From NCBI GenBank assembly GCA_965222155.1, contig CBDCTH010000012.1, forward strand, positions 640,001 through 704,000: 64,000 nucleotides of DNA, written 5' to 3'. Each line of letters begins with the position of its first letter. The stretch's first letter is position 1. This stretch comes from Gammaproteobacteria bacterium. GTDB taxonomy: Bacteria > Pseudomonadota > Gammaproteobacteria > Eutrophobiales > Eutrophobiaceae. Position numbers and translations under genes: made by a program. The notes beneath the pieces are model-generated. The model was not told the DNA's origin. It ran no database searches and saw only the letters and a list, made by a program, of their open reading frames with translations. Below, piece after piece: positions 10,102-19,518 of this stretch.

Positions 10102-11024
10102 CTAGGGTAAATTCAAAGCAACGCGTCGTGCTGATCGCCAAGGGTTTCTGTATCGGCACGGCAGATATCATTCCCGGGGTGAGTGGCGGCACTATGGCGT
10201 TTATCCTGGGGATTTACGGCGAATTCATTGCAGCAATCAAATCCTTTGACCTTGCCGCGTTGACGGCGCTGCTCAGGCTGGATTTCAGGCAGGCAGCGGC
10301 AAGACCGCATTTCGGCTTTATTTTGCCGCTGCTGTTGGGCATTGTTACCGCCCTGCTGTTTTTTACCCGGGTCGTACAATTACCGCAATTGTTGCTGGAT
10401 TATCCCGAACAGATCTTCGGTTTGTTCTTCGGCCTGATTGGCGGCTCCATCCTGGTCTTGCTGAGGGACCTGGATGGATTAGCTCGCAGGGAAGTTGCCG
10501 CGCTAATAGCAGGAGCGGTTTGCGGTTTCCTGGTGTTCAATATGGTTCCCGTGCAGACTCCGGATGCCGGCTGGTTCATATTTATTGCCGGCACACTGTC
10601 CATCTGCGCAATGATGCTGCCGGGCATTTCCGGATCGTTCGTGTTGCTGATCCTGAATAAATATGCCTACATATTCGCGGCAATCGGTTATCTCAAATTA
10701 TCCGTATTGCTCCCGTTCGCCGGCGGCGCATTGGCCGGCCTGGTCTTTTTCAGCCGTCTGCTGTCATACATACTGGAGCGGTATTACCGCGTTACCGTGG
10801 TTTTCATCACCGGTTTGCTGCTTGCGTCATTAACGGTCATCTGGCCGTTCCAGGAACGTGTCTATGAAACCGTTGGCGGAAATCCGATACTGGTGGACAC
10901 GCATCCCGTTTTCCCCCAGGAGTTTTCGCAGCCGGTACTGATTTCACTCAGCCTCTGTATTACCGGTATCATTGTTGTTCTGCTGCTCAGCAATCTCCAT
11001 AAACCGGAAGCGCGGGGTGGCTGA
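10095..11024 (+). CDS. DUF368 membrane protein
   Basis: KGFCIGTADIIPGVSGGTMAFILGIY and AMMLPGISGS; ATG lies inside the MITE TIR. Confidence 0.85.
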   Translation: MQARVNSKQRVVLIAKGFCIGTADIIPGVSGGTMAFILGIYGEFIAAIKSFDLAALTALLRLDFRQAAARPHFGFILPLLLGIVTALLFFTRVVQLPQLLLDYPEQIFGLFFGLIGGSILVLLRDLDGLARREVAALIAGAVCGFLVFNMVPVQTPDAGWFIFIAGTLSICAMMLPGISGSFVLLILNKYAYIFAAIGYLKLSVLLPFAGGALAGLVFFSRLLSYILERYYRVTVVFITGLLLASLTVIWPFQERVYETVGGNPILVDTHPVFPQEFSQPVLISLSLCITGIIVVLLLSNLHKPEARGG

Positions 11025-11095
11025 ACGAAGCGGTCACAAATCTGCCGGAGCAGATTTGAGTGTATAAGGGGACGGATTTGAAATCCGTCCCCGGA

Positions 11096-11212
11096 GAGAA
11101 GAACCTGCTCAATGAAGAACCGCCGCTGGTAAACGTGGACGGCGCCTACGATTACTACACACACGACCCGCGCGGGCGCATCTACTATGCCCGTTACCAG
11201 CTGCGATTCTAG
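11096..11212 (+). pseudogene. C-terminal remnant of a TonB-dependent receptor
   Basis: EKNLLNEEPPLVNVDGAYDYYTHDPRGRIYYARYQLRF-stop matches the NL.D..P...GR.Y....F beta-barrel terminus; no upstream gene body. Confidence 0.6.
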
Positions 11213-11228
11213 CCCTCAATGACCGGCG

Positions 11229-11247
11229 AATTAGTGAGAAGTGCGGG
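11229..11247. repeat. Solo MITE TIR abutting the next copy
   Basis: AATTAGTGAGAAGTGCGGG followed by CTAG shared with copy 3. Confidence 0.6.
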
Positions 11248-11251
11248 CTAG

Positions 11252-11587
11252 CCCGCATATCTCACCAATCCGCTTGGAGGTAGACTGAAACTTGTGTGCT
11301 ATCAAATAGTTACCTGGTTAATTCGGGTCATGGCATCATCACACACTGCGCTTGATGCGTTCATTGTGTCCGTCCTTGGACGCAACCCTGTGGGCGGCTG
11401 TCGCCGTGCAAATCGGCTGTCCTGCCGATTTGTCTCGCTTGTCTTTTGGCTGCCAGTGGGCACATGCTTCCTCAACCATAGCTACGGCTATGCTTTCGGT
11501 CCCCGTATCAAGTACGGGGCAGGCTCCGGCGCCCACTGGCAGCCAAAATCCTGTGCGATCATCGCATCAATTGGTGAGATATCCGGG
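11252..11587. mobile_element. MITE copy 3
   Basis: TIR CCCGCATATCTCACCAAT / ATTGGTGAGATATCCGGG; CTAG duplication at 11248-11251 and 11588-11591 (contains the lnt stop). Confidence 0.85.
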
Positions 11588-13126
11588 CTAGAGATGCCTC
11601 CTCTTCGGCTGACTGAACAGCAGGATACAAAGCAATAACACCAGTGACAGAATCACGATCGGCTTATCGCCGGCCAGGACGTATGGCGTACTCCCCGCGA
11701 ACAAGGGAACTTTAGCGGCAACGGCATCCGGCTCGAATTGACGTGTCTTGCCGATGATGTTCCCTTTTTCATCGATGATAGCGCTGATGCCGGTGTTGGT
11801 CGCGCGCAGCAGGTAGCGGCCTGTTTCGATGGCCCGCATCTGCGCCATCTGCAGGTGTTGATGGGGTGAGGCAGAAGCGCCGAACCAAGCGTCATTACTG
11901 ACGTTAACCAGTACATCGGCTCCAGGCAGGGCCCGGATGACCTCAGCGCCGAATACGGCTTCATAACAGATGGAAAGCCCCAGGGAGAGGCCGTCGGCTT
12001 GAAACAGCGGCGGGCTGTCCGTGGCGCCGGGGGTAAAATCTGCTATAGGTATCCGCAGGACGCCAAGCGGCCACTCCAGTAACGACTTGAGCGGCAGGTA
12101 CTCACCGAACGGGACAAGGTGGCGTTTATTGTAGACCTGTTGTTTGCCGCCCAGTAATACCAGGCTGTTGAAGTGTGCACCGGTGTCCAGGTTCCTGGTG
12201 GGCAGCCCGATCAGCATGATGGAGCCGTTGTGGCTCGCCGCTCTTTCGAGCTTTCCGATATATTCGCGGACGGTGTGTAAGTAGCCTGGAATAGCCGTTT
12301 CCGGCCAGATAATTAAATCATGACCCCAAAAGGGTTGCGTGATTTCCAGGTAGCGCTCCAGGGATGTGTCTTGATATTCCGGCAACCATTTTACTTCCTG
12401 TGGGATGGCGCCTTGAACCAGGGCCACGTCAATTTCCGAATTACTGTTATCAGTCCATTGGTATTGCCTTAACTGCCAGCCGGCAGCGATAACCAACAGC
12501 AGGATAACAGCCAAAAATATTCTCAACTCCTTCACGATAAGGAGCACACAACCCCCGGCCAGAAAGGCGATGATAAAACTGATGCCGAATACCCCGATGA
12601 GACTCCCATAGCCGGACAGCAGACCGGACGTTTGCGTGTATCCCAGCGTTAACCAGGGGAATCCGGTGAACAACCAGGAACGAACCCATTCTCCCAGGGT
12701 CCATAGCGACGGCATAACGACCAGGAAAAAATAAAAATCAGAGCGTACCGAACGGCAGTTTCCCAGGAATCCGGTCAGGGCCGGAAACAGGGACAGGTAG
12801 GCGACGAGTAAAAAAGTCAGCAGGTAAGCCCCGGCCAGGTTAATCCCGGAAAAAAGATTGATACTGATATGCAACCAGCTGACTCCGACGCCGAACAGGC
12901 CCAGACCGAATAAATAGCCGTTAATAAAGGCTTGCCTGCCGTTGTTGGTGCGCCAGGTCTGGAACAGAAACGCCAGCGTGATAAACGGGATGGCGGATAA
13001 ATTGTACGGTGCAAATGAAAAGGCGGTGGCGCCACCTGCTGCAAGGCACAAAAATCCATTAATGGCCGAACTCGCGGATACCTTACGCCGGCGAGGTTCC
13101 AGGTTGTGAAACAGACGTTTTTTCAA
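11588..13126 (-). CDS. lnt: Apolipoprotein N-acyltransferase (start uncertain)
   Basis: FTGFPW, IWPETA, YNKRHLVPFGEY, ICYE, RATNTGISA. Confidence 0.95.
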   Translation of the reverse strand: MKKRLFHNLEPRRRKVSASSAINGFLCLAAGGATAFSFAPYNLSAIPFITLAFLFQTWRTNNGRQAFINGYLFGLGLFGVGVSWLHISINLFSGINLAGAYLLTFLLVAYLSLFPALTGFLGNCRSVRSDFYFFLVVMPSLWTLGEWVRSWLFTGFPWLTLGYTQTSGLLSGYGSLIGVFGISFIIAFLAGGCVLLIVKELRIFLAVILLLVIAAGWQLRQYQWTDNSNSEIDVALVQGAIPQEVKWLPEYQDTSLERYLEITQPFWGHDLIIWPETAIPGYLHTVREYIGKLERAASHNGSIMLIGLPTRNLDTGAHFNSLVLLGGKQQVYNKRHLVPFGEYLPLKSLLEWPLGVLRIPIADFTPGATDSPPLFQADGLSLGLSICYEAVFGAEVIRALPGADVLVNVSNDAWFGASASPHQHLQMAQMRAIETGRYLLRATNTGISAIIDEKGNIIGKTRQFEPDAVAAKVPLFAGSTPYVLAGDKPIVILSLVLLLCILLFSQPKRRHL

Positions 13127-13934
13127 AACGTATCAAATGTATTCTTCTTTTGTCGGCCCGGAGAACTTTTACATTATAATCGGCAAGCTCAATTATCTCT
13201 CCGCGTTTCGGCAGGTAACCGAATTCATTGATTACCAGACCCCCTATCGTATCATAATCATCATGGCTTAACTGTGCGTCGAAATAGTCGTTGAAGTCAT
13301 CGATGGGTGTGAATGCCTGTACCGTATAACGGTTTCTTCCATGTTGTTTAATGAAGGCTTCCTCGTTGAGATCGTGTTCATCTTCGATCTCACCGACGAT
13401 TTCTTCCATAATATCTTCAATAGTTACCAGACCGGCGATACCGTATTCATCGACTACGATGGCCATATGGTTACGGTTGGTGCGAAAGTCTCTCAGCAAA
13501 ACGTTGAGGTGTTTGCTCTCAGGCACGAATACTACGGGACGCATCAGGTTTTTAACTGCAAACTGCTCCGGTTCATCATCGACAAAACAGGACAACAAGT
13601 CTTTTGCCAGCAGGATGCCCAGTACGTCATTCTGGTCGTCACTGACCACCGGGAAACGTGAATGGCCCGATTCGATCACCGTTTTCATAATATCTTCCGG
13701 CTCGGCCGAGGTCCGTATGACGACCATTTGCACCCGGGGGACCATTATGTCGCCTACCTGCATTTCCGCCACATGCAGGGCGCCCTCAAGCATCATCAAT
13801 ACATCGGGATCGAGGATATTTCTCGCTTCGGATTCCCGCAGGACTTCAATTAATGCCGGCAGATCCCGGGGGGTATTTGAAAAGGTGGTATTGAGTAGCT
13901 TCCACCAGGCTTTCTTGTTGTGACTAGCCTGCAT
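13083..13934 (-). CDS. corC: CBS/CorC-domain Mg/Co transport-associated protein; current ATG is in a MITE TIR
   Basis: IMVPR, SGHSRFPV, VVDEYG, TIEDIMEEIVGEIEDE; position between ybeY and lnt. Confidence 0.92.
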   Translation of the reverse strand: MQASHNKKAWWKLLNTTFSNTPRDLPALIEVLRESEARNILDPDVLMMLEGALHVAEMQVGDIMVPRVQMVVIRTSAEPEDIMKTVIESGHSRFPVVSDDQNDVLGILLAKDLLSCFVDDEPEQFAVKNLMRPVVFVPESKHLNVLLRDFRTNRNHMAIVVDEYGIAGLVTIEDIMEEIVGEIEDEHDLNEEAFIKQHGRNRYTVQAFTPIDDFNDYFDAQLSHDDYDTIGGLVINEFGYLPKRGEIIELADYNVKVLRADKRRIHLIRFEKTSVSQPGTSPA

Positions 13935-14148
13935 ATCTCATTACCAATGGGTGCGAAGACAAATCGTCAGGACAGACGATTTGCACGGCGACAGCCGTCC
14001 GTAGGGATGCGCCCAGAGCCTGCCCCCCTGCTTACAACCGCAGGGGCAAGCTCTGTATGGAGTTGAGCAGGGGGATGGGCGCAATGAACATGTGCCTGTC
14101 AGCGGCAAAAAGACAAGCGAGGGCGTATTCATTAGTGAGATATGCAGG
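13928..14148. mobile_element. MITE copy 4 (short), inserted in the 5' end of corC
   Basis: TIR CCTGCATATCTCA / TGAGATATGCAGG; orphaned corC start MSKDKPP at 14174-14154. Confidence 0.8.
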
Positions 14149-14199
14149 CTTAACGGAGGTTTGTCTTTACTCATTGATTCTCGGCGTGTGTGTTTGGCA

Positions 14200-14667
14200 T
14201 CACCGTGATTCCCCGGGGCTTATTGCAATCTCCGGTAAATAAGGATCGGGGAAACCCAGTTCTTGCAATAATGCGGTTTCTTTTGTTTCCATGATTTCCG
14301 CGTCCTTTTCATTCATATGATCATAGCCCATTAAATGCAAAATGCCATGAATAATAATATGCGCCCAATGCGCGTTCAGGGATTTGGCCTGCTTTACGGC
14401 CTCCCGTCTGAGGACGGGAGCACAAATGACTATGTCTCCAAGCAAGGGCGCGCCAGCATCGTGCAGGGGAAATGAAAGAACGTTGGTTGGCTCGTCGATA
14501 TTGCGCCACCTGTTATTGAGCGAGCGCATTTCATCTTCATCGGTAATGCGGATGGTGACTTCCCCCTCCTTTCCGTCCAATGCCGAACCGGCCCAATATA
14601 TGAGTTCATTTTCAGTCGGAACAGAAGTTTCTGCCGAGATGAACTGTACGGTGACATCAATACCCAT
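14200..14667 (-). CDS. ybeY: rRNA maturation endoribonuclease YbeY
   Basis: TNVLSFP, LGDIVIC, HGILHLMGYDH. Confidence 0.95.
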   Translation of the reverse strand: MGIDVTVQFISAETSVPTENELIYWAGSALDGKEGEVTIRITDEDEMRSLNNRWRNIDEPTNVLSFPLHDAGAPLLGDIVICAPVLRREAVKQAKSLNAHWAHIIIHGILHLMGYDHMNEKDAEIMETKETALLQELGFPDPYLPEIAISPGESR

Positions 14668-14707
14668 AATTCAGCCTCTGTCGTTCATTGTAGCTGAACC
14701 TGAAAGC

Positions 14708-14772
14708 AACAGAGAGCACAGAGGACACAGAGAAAGTGTTTTTAATCTGCGTTTATCTGCGTCATCTGCGGA
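14708..14772. repeat. Short low-complexity repeat remnant
   Basis: CAGAGAGCACAGAGGACACAGAGA followed by three ATCTGCG units, in the phoH-ybeY spacer. Confidence 0.45.
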
Positions 14773-14783
14773 TGAAAAATGGT

Positions 14784-15770
14784 TCATGTCCTGTCGTTAT
14801 TTTCCCGTCGTTCATACGCATTCAATATACGCGCCACCAGGGGATGGCGCACCACATCCCTTGATTTGAAAAAGGTAAAACTGATCCCTGCCTCAGCATC
14901 GAGGATATCAATCACGTGACGCAGGCCCGATTGTTTCCCCTGAGGCAAATCAATCTGGGTAATGTCACCCGTAATAATGGCCGTTGAATTGAAGCCGATA
15001 CGGGTCAGGAACATCTTCATCTGCTCAATGGTGGTATTTTGCGCTTCATCCAGAATAATAAATGCTTCGTTGAGCGTTCTGCCGCGCATGAAGGCAAGGG
15101 GCGCTATTTCAATAACGTTTTTCTCAATAAATTTCATCACCTGTTCAAAGCCGAGCATTTCATACAGGGCATCGTACAGGGGACGCAGGTACGGATCGAC
15201 TTTCTGCACCAGATCGCCGGGCAGGTAGCCCAGTTTCTCCCCGGCTTCCACTGCCGGTCGCACCAGGACCAAGCGCCTGACCCGGTTCTGCTCCAGGGCA
15301 ACCACCGCGCTGGCGACGGCCAGGTAGGTTTTGCCTGTCCCGGCCGGTCCAATACCGAAACTGACGGCATGTTCCCGGATATTGTTCAGGTATAACCGCT
15401 GATTGGGACTGCGGCCCTTGATGATGCCGCGTTTGGTTTTGATGATGACTTCATCTTCCATCCGCTCGTCGAAGGAATCATCAATGGCCTTATCCTGCAG
15501 CCAGAGATGGATTTTTTCCGGCGACAATATATCCGCGGTCGTTGATTCATACAGTTCGGTCAACAGCCGGCTGGTTATGTTGACAATTTTAGCTGTACCG
15601 ATAATTCGAAACGAATTGCCGCGGTTGTTTATCTCAACGCCAAGACGTTTTTCAATCTGGCGCAAGTGGGAATCCAGAGAGCCACACAAATTGGCCAATC
15701 TCTCATTATCAGCCGGTTCAAGGATGACTTCTGCGGAGACGGGATGGGTCTTGTCCGTGGAAATACTCAA
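14784..15770 (-). CDS. phoH: PhoH-family ATPase (YbeZ)
   Basis: GPAGTGKT, RPAVEAGEKLG, DPYLRPLYD, MRGRTL, DEAQN. Confidence 0.95.
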   Translation of the reverse strand: MSISTDKTHPVSAEVILEPADNERLANLCGSLDSHLRQIEKRLGVEINNRGNSFRIIGTAKIVNITSRLLTELYESTTADILSPEKIHLWLQDKAIDDSFDERMEDEVIIKTKRGIIKGRSPNQRLYLNNIREHAVSFGIGPAGTGKTYLAVASAVVALEQNRVRRLVLVRPAVEAGEKLGYLPGDLVQKVDPYLRPLYDALYEMLGFEQVMKFIEKNVIEIAPLAFMRGRTLNEAFIILDEAQNTTIEQMKMFLTRIGFNSTAIITGDITQIDLPQGKQSGLRHVIDILDAEAGISFTFFKSRDVVRHPLVARILNAYERRENNDRT

Positions 15771-15773
15771 GTA

Positions 15774-17135
15774 TCAGATTGTCGCGGCCGGTTGTCGGGG
15801 TAACTCGCGTGCGGCCGGTAATTCCCCGCGTAATGAATTAGGGAGTGCCCGGGTTATTTTAATGCCTACCATCTCACCGATGAGTTCGACCGCGCCGGGA
15901 AAATTCACCACACGGTTATTTTCAGTTCGACCAGCCAGTTCCCGCGGGTTTTTACGGGATGTTCCCTCTACCAGGACTGTTTGAACCGAACCTGTCATGC
16001 TCCGGCTTATGTTCTGTGCCTGTTGATTTATCCTGGCCTGGAGAAGTTGCAAGCGCTGCTTTTTCTGCTCCGGCTGAATCTCATCCGGGTAGCTTGCCGC
16101 CGGCGTACCTGGTCGTTTGCTGTAGATAAAACTGAAAGACTGGTCAAAGCCGATTTCCGCAATCAGGTCCAGGGTAGCCTGGAAATCAGAGTCGGTCTCA
16201 CCGGGGAAACCGACGATGAAATCGGAGGATATACTGATATCCGGCCTGATTTTTCGCAACGTCCTTATTTTCGACTTGTATTCAAGCACGGTATGTCCGC
16301 GTTTCATCAGGGCAAGTATGCGATCCGAACCGCTCTGTACCGGCAAATGCAGGTGGTTGACAAGTTCCGGCACGCGGGCATAAACGTCTATCAAACGGTC
16401 GGAAAATTCAACCGGATGCGATGTCGTGTAACGGATGCGCCGGATGCCGTCGATTGCCGCGATATACTCTATCAGGTCTGCCAGGTCGGCAATGCCGTGA
16501 TCATAGGTAGCGCCGCGATAAGCATTCACATTTTGTCCAAGCAGGGTGACCTCCCTGACCCCCTGTCCGACCAACTCGACTACTTCCGCTATGACGTCAT
16601 CCACAGGCCGGGAAATTTCTTCCCCGCGAGTGTAGGGCACCACGCAGAAAGTACAATATTTACTGCAGCCTTCCATGATGGAAACATACGCGACAGGACC
16701 ATCCGCCCGGGGGTCAGGCAACTGGTCGAACTTTTCAATCTCAGGGAAGGATATATCGACCACTGGCTTGCCGGTATGCTGAGCCGCATCGTACAACCCG
16801 GGGAGCCGGTGCAAGGTCTGCGGACCGAATACGATGTCGACATAAGGCGCTCTCTCGTAAATCGCTGAGCCTTCCTGGCTGGCGACGCAACCTCCCACGG
16901 CTATCATGAAATCGGGCTTGTCCTGTTTCCGCCGACGCCAGCGCCCCAGTTCCGAAAACAGTTTTTCCTGGGCCTTCTCACGGATGGAACAGGTATTGAA
17001 GATAATCAGGTCGGCCTCTTCCGGCCTGCTCGTCTCTTCCATGCCATGCGAAACGTTTAATACGTCTCGCATCTTATCCGAGTCGTATTCGTTCATCTGG
17101 CAGCCGAACGTCTTGATAAACAGTTTCTTACCCAT
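15774..17135 (-). CDS. miaB: tRNA methylthiotransferase MiaB
   Basis: [29 protein letters not shown] radical-SAM motif, C-terminal TRAM domain. Confidence 0.97.
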   Translation of the reverse strand: MGKKLFIKTFGCQMNEYDSDKMRDVLNVSHGMEETSRPEEADLIIFNTCSIREKAQEKLFSELGRWRRRKQDKPDFMIAVGGCVASQEGSAIYERAPYVDIVFGPQTLHRLPGLYDAAQHTGKPVVDISFPEIEKFDQLPDPRADGPVAYVSIMEGCSKYCTFCVVPYTRGEEISRPVDDVIAEVVELVGQGVREVTLLGQNVNAYRGATYDHGIADLADLIEYIAAIDGIRRIRYTTSHPVEFSDRLIDVYARVPELVNHLHLPVQSGSDRILALMKRGHTVLEYKSKIRTLRKIRPDISISSDFIVGFPGETDSDFQATLDLIAEIGFDQSFSFIYSKRPGTPAASYPDEIQPEQKKQRLQLLQARINQQAQNISRSMTGSVQTVLVEGTSRKNPRELAGRTENNRVVNFPGAVELIGEMVGIKITRALPNSLRGELPAARELPRQPAATI

Positions 17136-17160
17136 TTTCCATCCAGGTTGTAAGGAATAG

Positions 17161-17268
17161 CTAAATTACACGTTCTTTCCTGCTTTTTCCAGTGTTCCGG
17201 CGTCGTACTTGTGGTTTTCGTCGAAGAGAGCCTGCGCCGGTCCGATCTGGTGATGGATCAACTTCCAT
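17161..17268 (-). CDS. Possible 35-aa basic small protein
   Basis: GGAG 8 nt before ATG; [35 protein letters not shown]; no homology recognised. Confidence 0.3.
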   Translation of the reverse strand: MEVDPSPDRTGAGSLRRKPQVRRRNTGKSRKERVI

Positions 17269-17317
17269 GAATCATTCTCCAGGATTATTCGCAATAGAAA
17301 ATGGAAACAGGCGAAAT

Positions 17318-17394
17318 TGGTGGCTATGGGTGGACTTGAACCACCGACATCAGCATTATGAATGCTGCGCTCTAACCAACTGAGCTACATAGCC
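17318..17394 (-). tRNA. tRNA-Met (elongator, CAT)
   Basis: GGCTATGTAGCTCAGTTGGTTAGAGCGCAGCATTCATAATGCTG...GGTTCAAGTCC...AGCCACCA; 77-nt cloverleaf with G1-C72 pair. Confidence 0.93.
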
Positions 17395-17554
17395 ATGGGT
17401 TTGAAAATAGATAGGATTCTGGTAATTGTCCCGGTTTTTGTCAAGGCATATTAAACCTCACCGGCCTTGTCCCAAGGATGTCCTGAAAATATACATTCCC
17501 TGTGCGTACGATATGTTACCCTTATTTGATACGGGCAATCACGGAGTTTTTACA

Positions 17555-17977
17555 ATGAATACAAACCTGAGCTGGGCAGGTGGGGCCGCTTTTATCGGCG
17601 AGTCGGAAAACGGCCGGACAATCGTCATTGACGGACCGCCCGAAGGAGGAGGCAAAAACCTGGGACCGCGTCCCATGGAGACCTTGCTGTTGGGGATGGG
17701 GGCTTGCACGGCTTACGATGTGCTGTCCATGCTGAAAAAATCTCGCCGCCTAATCAGCGATTGTAAAATTGAAATCTCTTCAAAGCGGGCGGGTGATCAC
17801 CCCAAGGTATTCACGGAGATAAGCGTTCATTTCATCATTACCGGAGACAATCTCAAGGATACGCAGGTTGAGAGGGCAATCAACCTGTCTGCGGAAAAAT
17901 ACTGTTCCGCGTCAATCATGCTGGGCAAGACAGCAAAGATAACGCATACCTATCAAATCAAACAAGCAGAAGCCTGA
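17555..17977 (+). CDS. OsmC-family protein (YhfA-like)
   Basis: GPRPMETLLLGMGACT and LSAEKYCSAS. Confidence 0.9.
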   Translation: MNTNLSWAGGAAFIGESENGRTIVIDGPPEGGGKNLGPRPMETLLLGMGACTAYDVLSMLKKSRRLISDCKIEISSKRAGDHPKVFTEISVHFIITGDNLKDTQVERAINLSAEKYCSASIMLGKTAKITHTYQIKQAEA

Positions 17978-17982
17978 TAGTT

Positions 17983-18071
17983 GGATATTTGGGCTCAGAG
18001 TAAAAATTCTCAGCTATAAACCAGTACCACCTGCCAACCTGAACGCATTTTTACTCTGACCCTAAATATCC
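17983..18071. repeat. REPIN-like hairpin, copy B, followed by a GTCATT-type REP (18070-18099)
   Basis: GGATATTTGGGCTCAGAGTAAAAAT ... ATTTTTACTCTGACCCTAAATATCC. Confidence 0.75.
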
Positions 18072-18106
18072 TGGATTCCGGGTCAAGCCCGGAATGGCGC
18101 GGCGTT

Positions 18107-18367
18107 TCAGATTTTCCTGGGGTTGTCCGCCCGGCTGATCGTGAAACTGATAATTTCGTTGTCCTCATCAATGCACAGGATATTATGGCCGGTCCTGGCG
18201 CAGTAGGCTTCGAAATCAATCACTGAATGGGGGTCGGTTGCCTCCACGAACAGGATTTGCCCCGGTTGCATCCTATTCAAGGCCAGTTTTGTCTTCAGGA
18301 CAGGCAACGGGCAGTTCAATCCCTTGGCATCCAGGTATTGATCAAACCTGATTTCTGCATCCGCCAT
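18107..18367 (-). CDS. TusA/SirA-family sulfur carrier
   Basis: LDAKGLNCPLPVLK, ATDPHS..DF. Confidence 0.88.
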   Translation of the reverse strand: MADAEIRFDQYLDAKGLNCPLPVLKTKLALNRMQPGQILFVEATDPHSVIDFEAYCARTGHNILCIDEDNEIISFTISRADNPRKI

Positions 18368-18371
18368 TAGT

Positions 18372-19430
18372 CTAACCTGAGCGCCGCTGTCGTATCGCTT
18401 CAGCAAGTGATTCCAGCACCGGTTCGGTCATCTCCCAGGACAGGCAGGCATCGGTCACACTCAGGCCGTATTCCAGTGATGCCGCATCCTTCAGGGCTTG
18501 TTTCCCTGCTTTCAGGTTGCTTTCGATCATCACGCCGCAAATACGCTTTGAGCCGTCGGCCAGTTGCCGGCAAACGTCTTCCGCAACAACGACCTGGCGC
18601 GTGTGATCCTTATTACTGTTGCCGTGGCTGAAATCCACCATGACCCGTTCGGCCACATCTGCCGCGCGCAATTTTTTGCTTGCGGCCTTTATCGCCGCCG
18701 CAGAGAAATTAGGGCCGCTGGAAGCGCCGCGTAATATAAGGTGACAACAATCATTCCCGGTTGTCGCCACGATCGCAGAGATACCCTGTTTGGTGACCGA
18801 CAAAAAATGGTGCGGGCTTTGTGCGGCGCCGATGGCGTCTATGGCGATTTGTATGTTGCCGTCAGTCCCGTTCTTGAAGCCCACGGGCATGGATAAACCG
18901 GATGCCAGCTCACGGTGGACCTGGCTTTCCGTGGTACGGGCGCCGATTGCGCCCCAGGACACCAGGTCCGCAATAAATTGCGGCGTGATGGTATCCAGAA
19001 ATTCAGATCCGGCCGGCAAACCGATATTGCCCAGGTCTACCAGCAGTTTGCGGGCAATGTGTAAACCGACATTGATCTTGAAACTGTTATCCAGGTACGG
19101 GTCGTTGATTAAGCCTTTCCATCCCACCTTTGTACGCGGTTTCTCAAAATAGACCCGCATGATGATAACCAGGTCATCCTGCAAGCGGTCAGCAGCCTTG
19201 ACCAGGCGGCCGGCATAGTCAAGCGCGGCGTCGGGGTCATGAATCGAACAAGGTCCGACGATTACCAGTAACCGATCATCTTCACCCTTGACGATATTAC
19301 CGGCTGCCAGCCGGGTTTTTGCTATCAGGTTTGACACCTCCTCACTGATCGGCAGTTCTTCCGTCAGGATGGCAGGCGATGTCAAAGGGCGCAGTTCGGC
19401 AATTCTTAAATCATCTGTCAGTTGAAACAT
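18372..19430 (-). CDS. aroG: DAHP synthase type I-alpha, paralog 1 (feedback class not determinable)
   Basis: GPCSIHD, MRVYFEKPRT, IGARTTESQVHRE, GFKNGTDG, SVTDAC. Confidence 0.92.
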   Translation of the reverse strand: MFQLTDDLRIAELRPLTSPAILTEELPISEEVSNLIAKTRLAAGNIVKGEDDRLLVIVGPCSIHDPDAALDYAGRLVKAADRLQDDLVIIMRVYFEKPRTKVGWKGLINDPYLDNSFKINVGLHIARKLLVDLGNIGLPAGSEFLDTITPQFIADLVSWGAIGARTTESQVHRELASGLSMPVGFKNGTDGNIQIAIDAIGAAQSPHHFLSVTKQGISAIVATTGNDCCHLILRGASSGPNFSAAAIKAASKKLRAADVAERVMVDFSHGNSNKDHTRQVVVAEDVCRQLADGSKRICGVMIESNLKAGKQALKDAASLEYGLSVTDACLSWEMTEPVLESLAEAIRQRRSG

Positions 19431-19518
19431 TTCGCTAGTTTAATGTGATAACGCAGCCAATCCCCACTGCTTGACGCGCACATGTTGAAATCCAGGGACT
19501 GCACCGGGATGCTGTCTA

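Noticed and set aside
15981-16868. Long antisense ORFs (also 5665-6342, 34607-35275, 48053-48652)
   Set aside because: Shadow frames opposite well-supported genes
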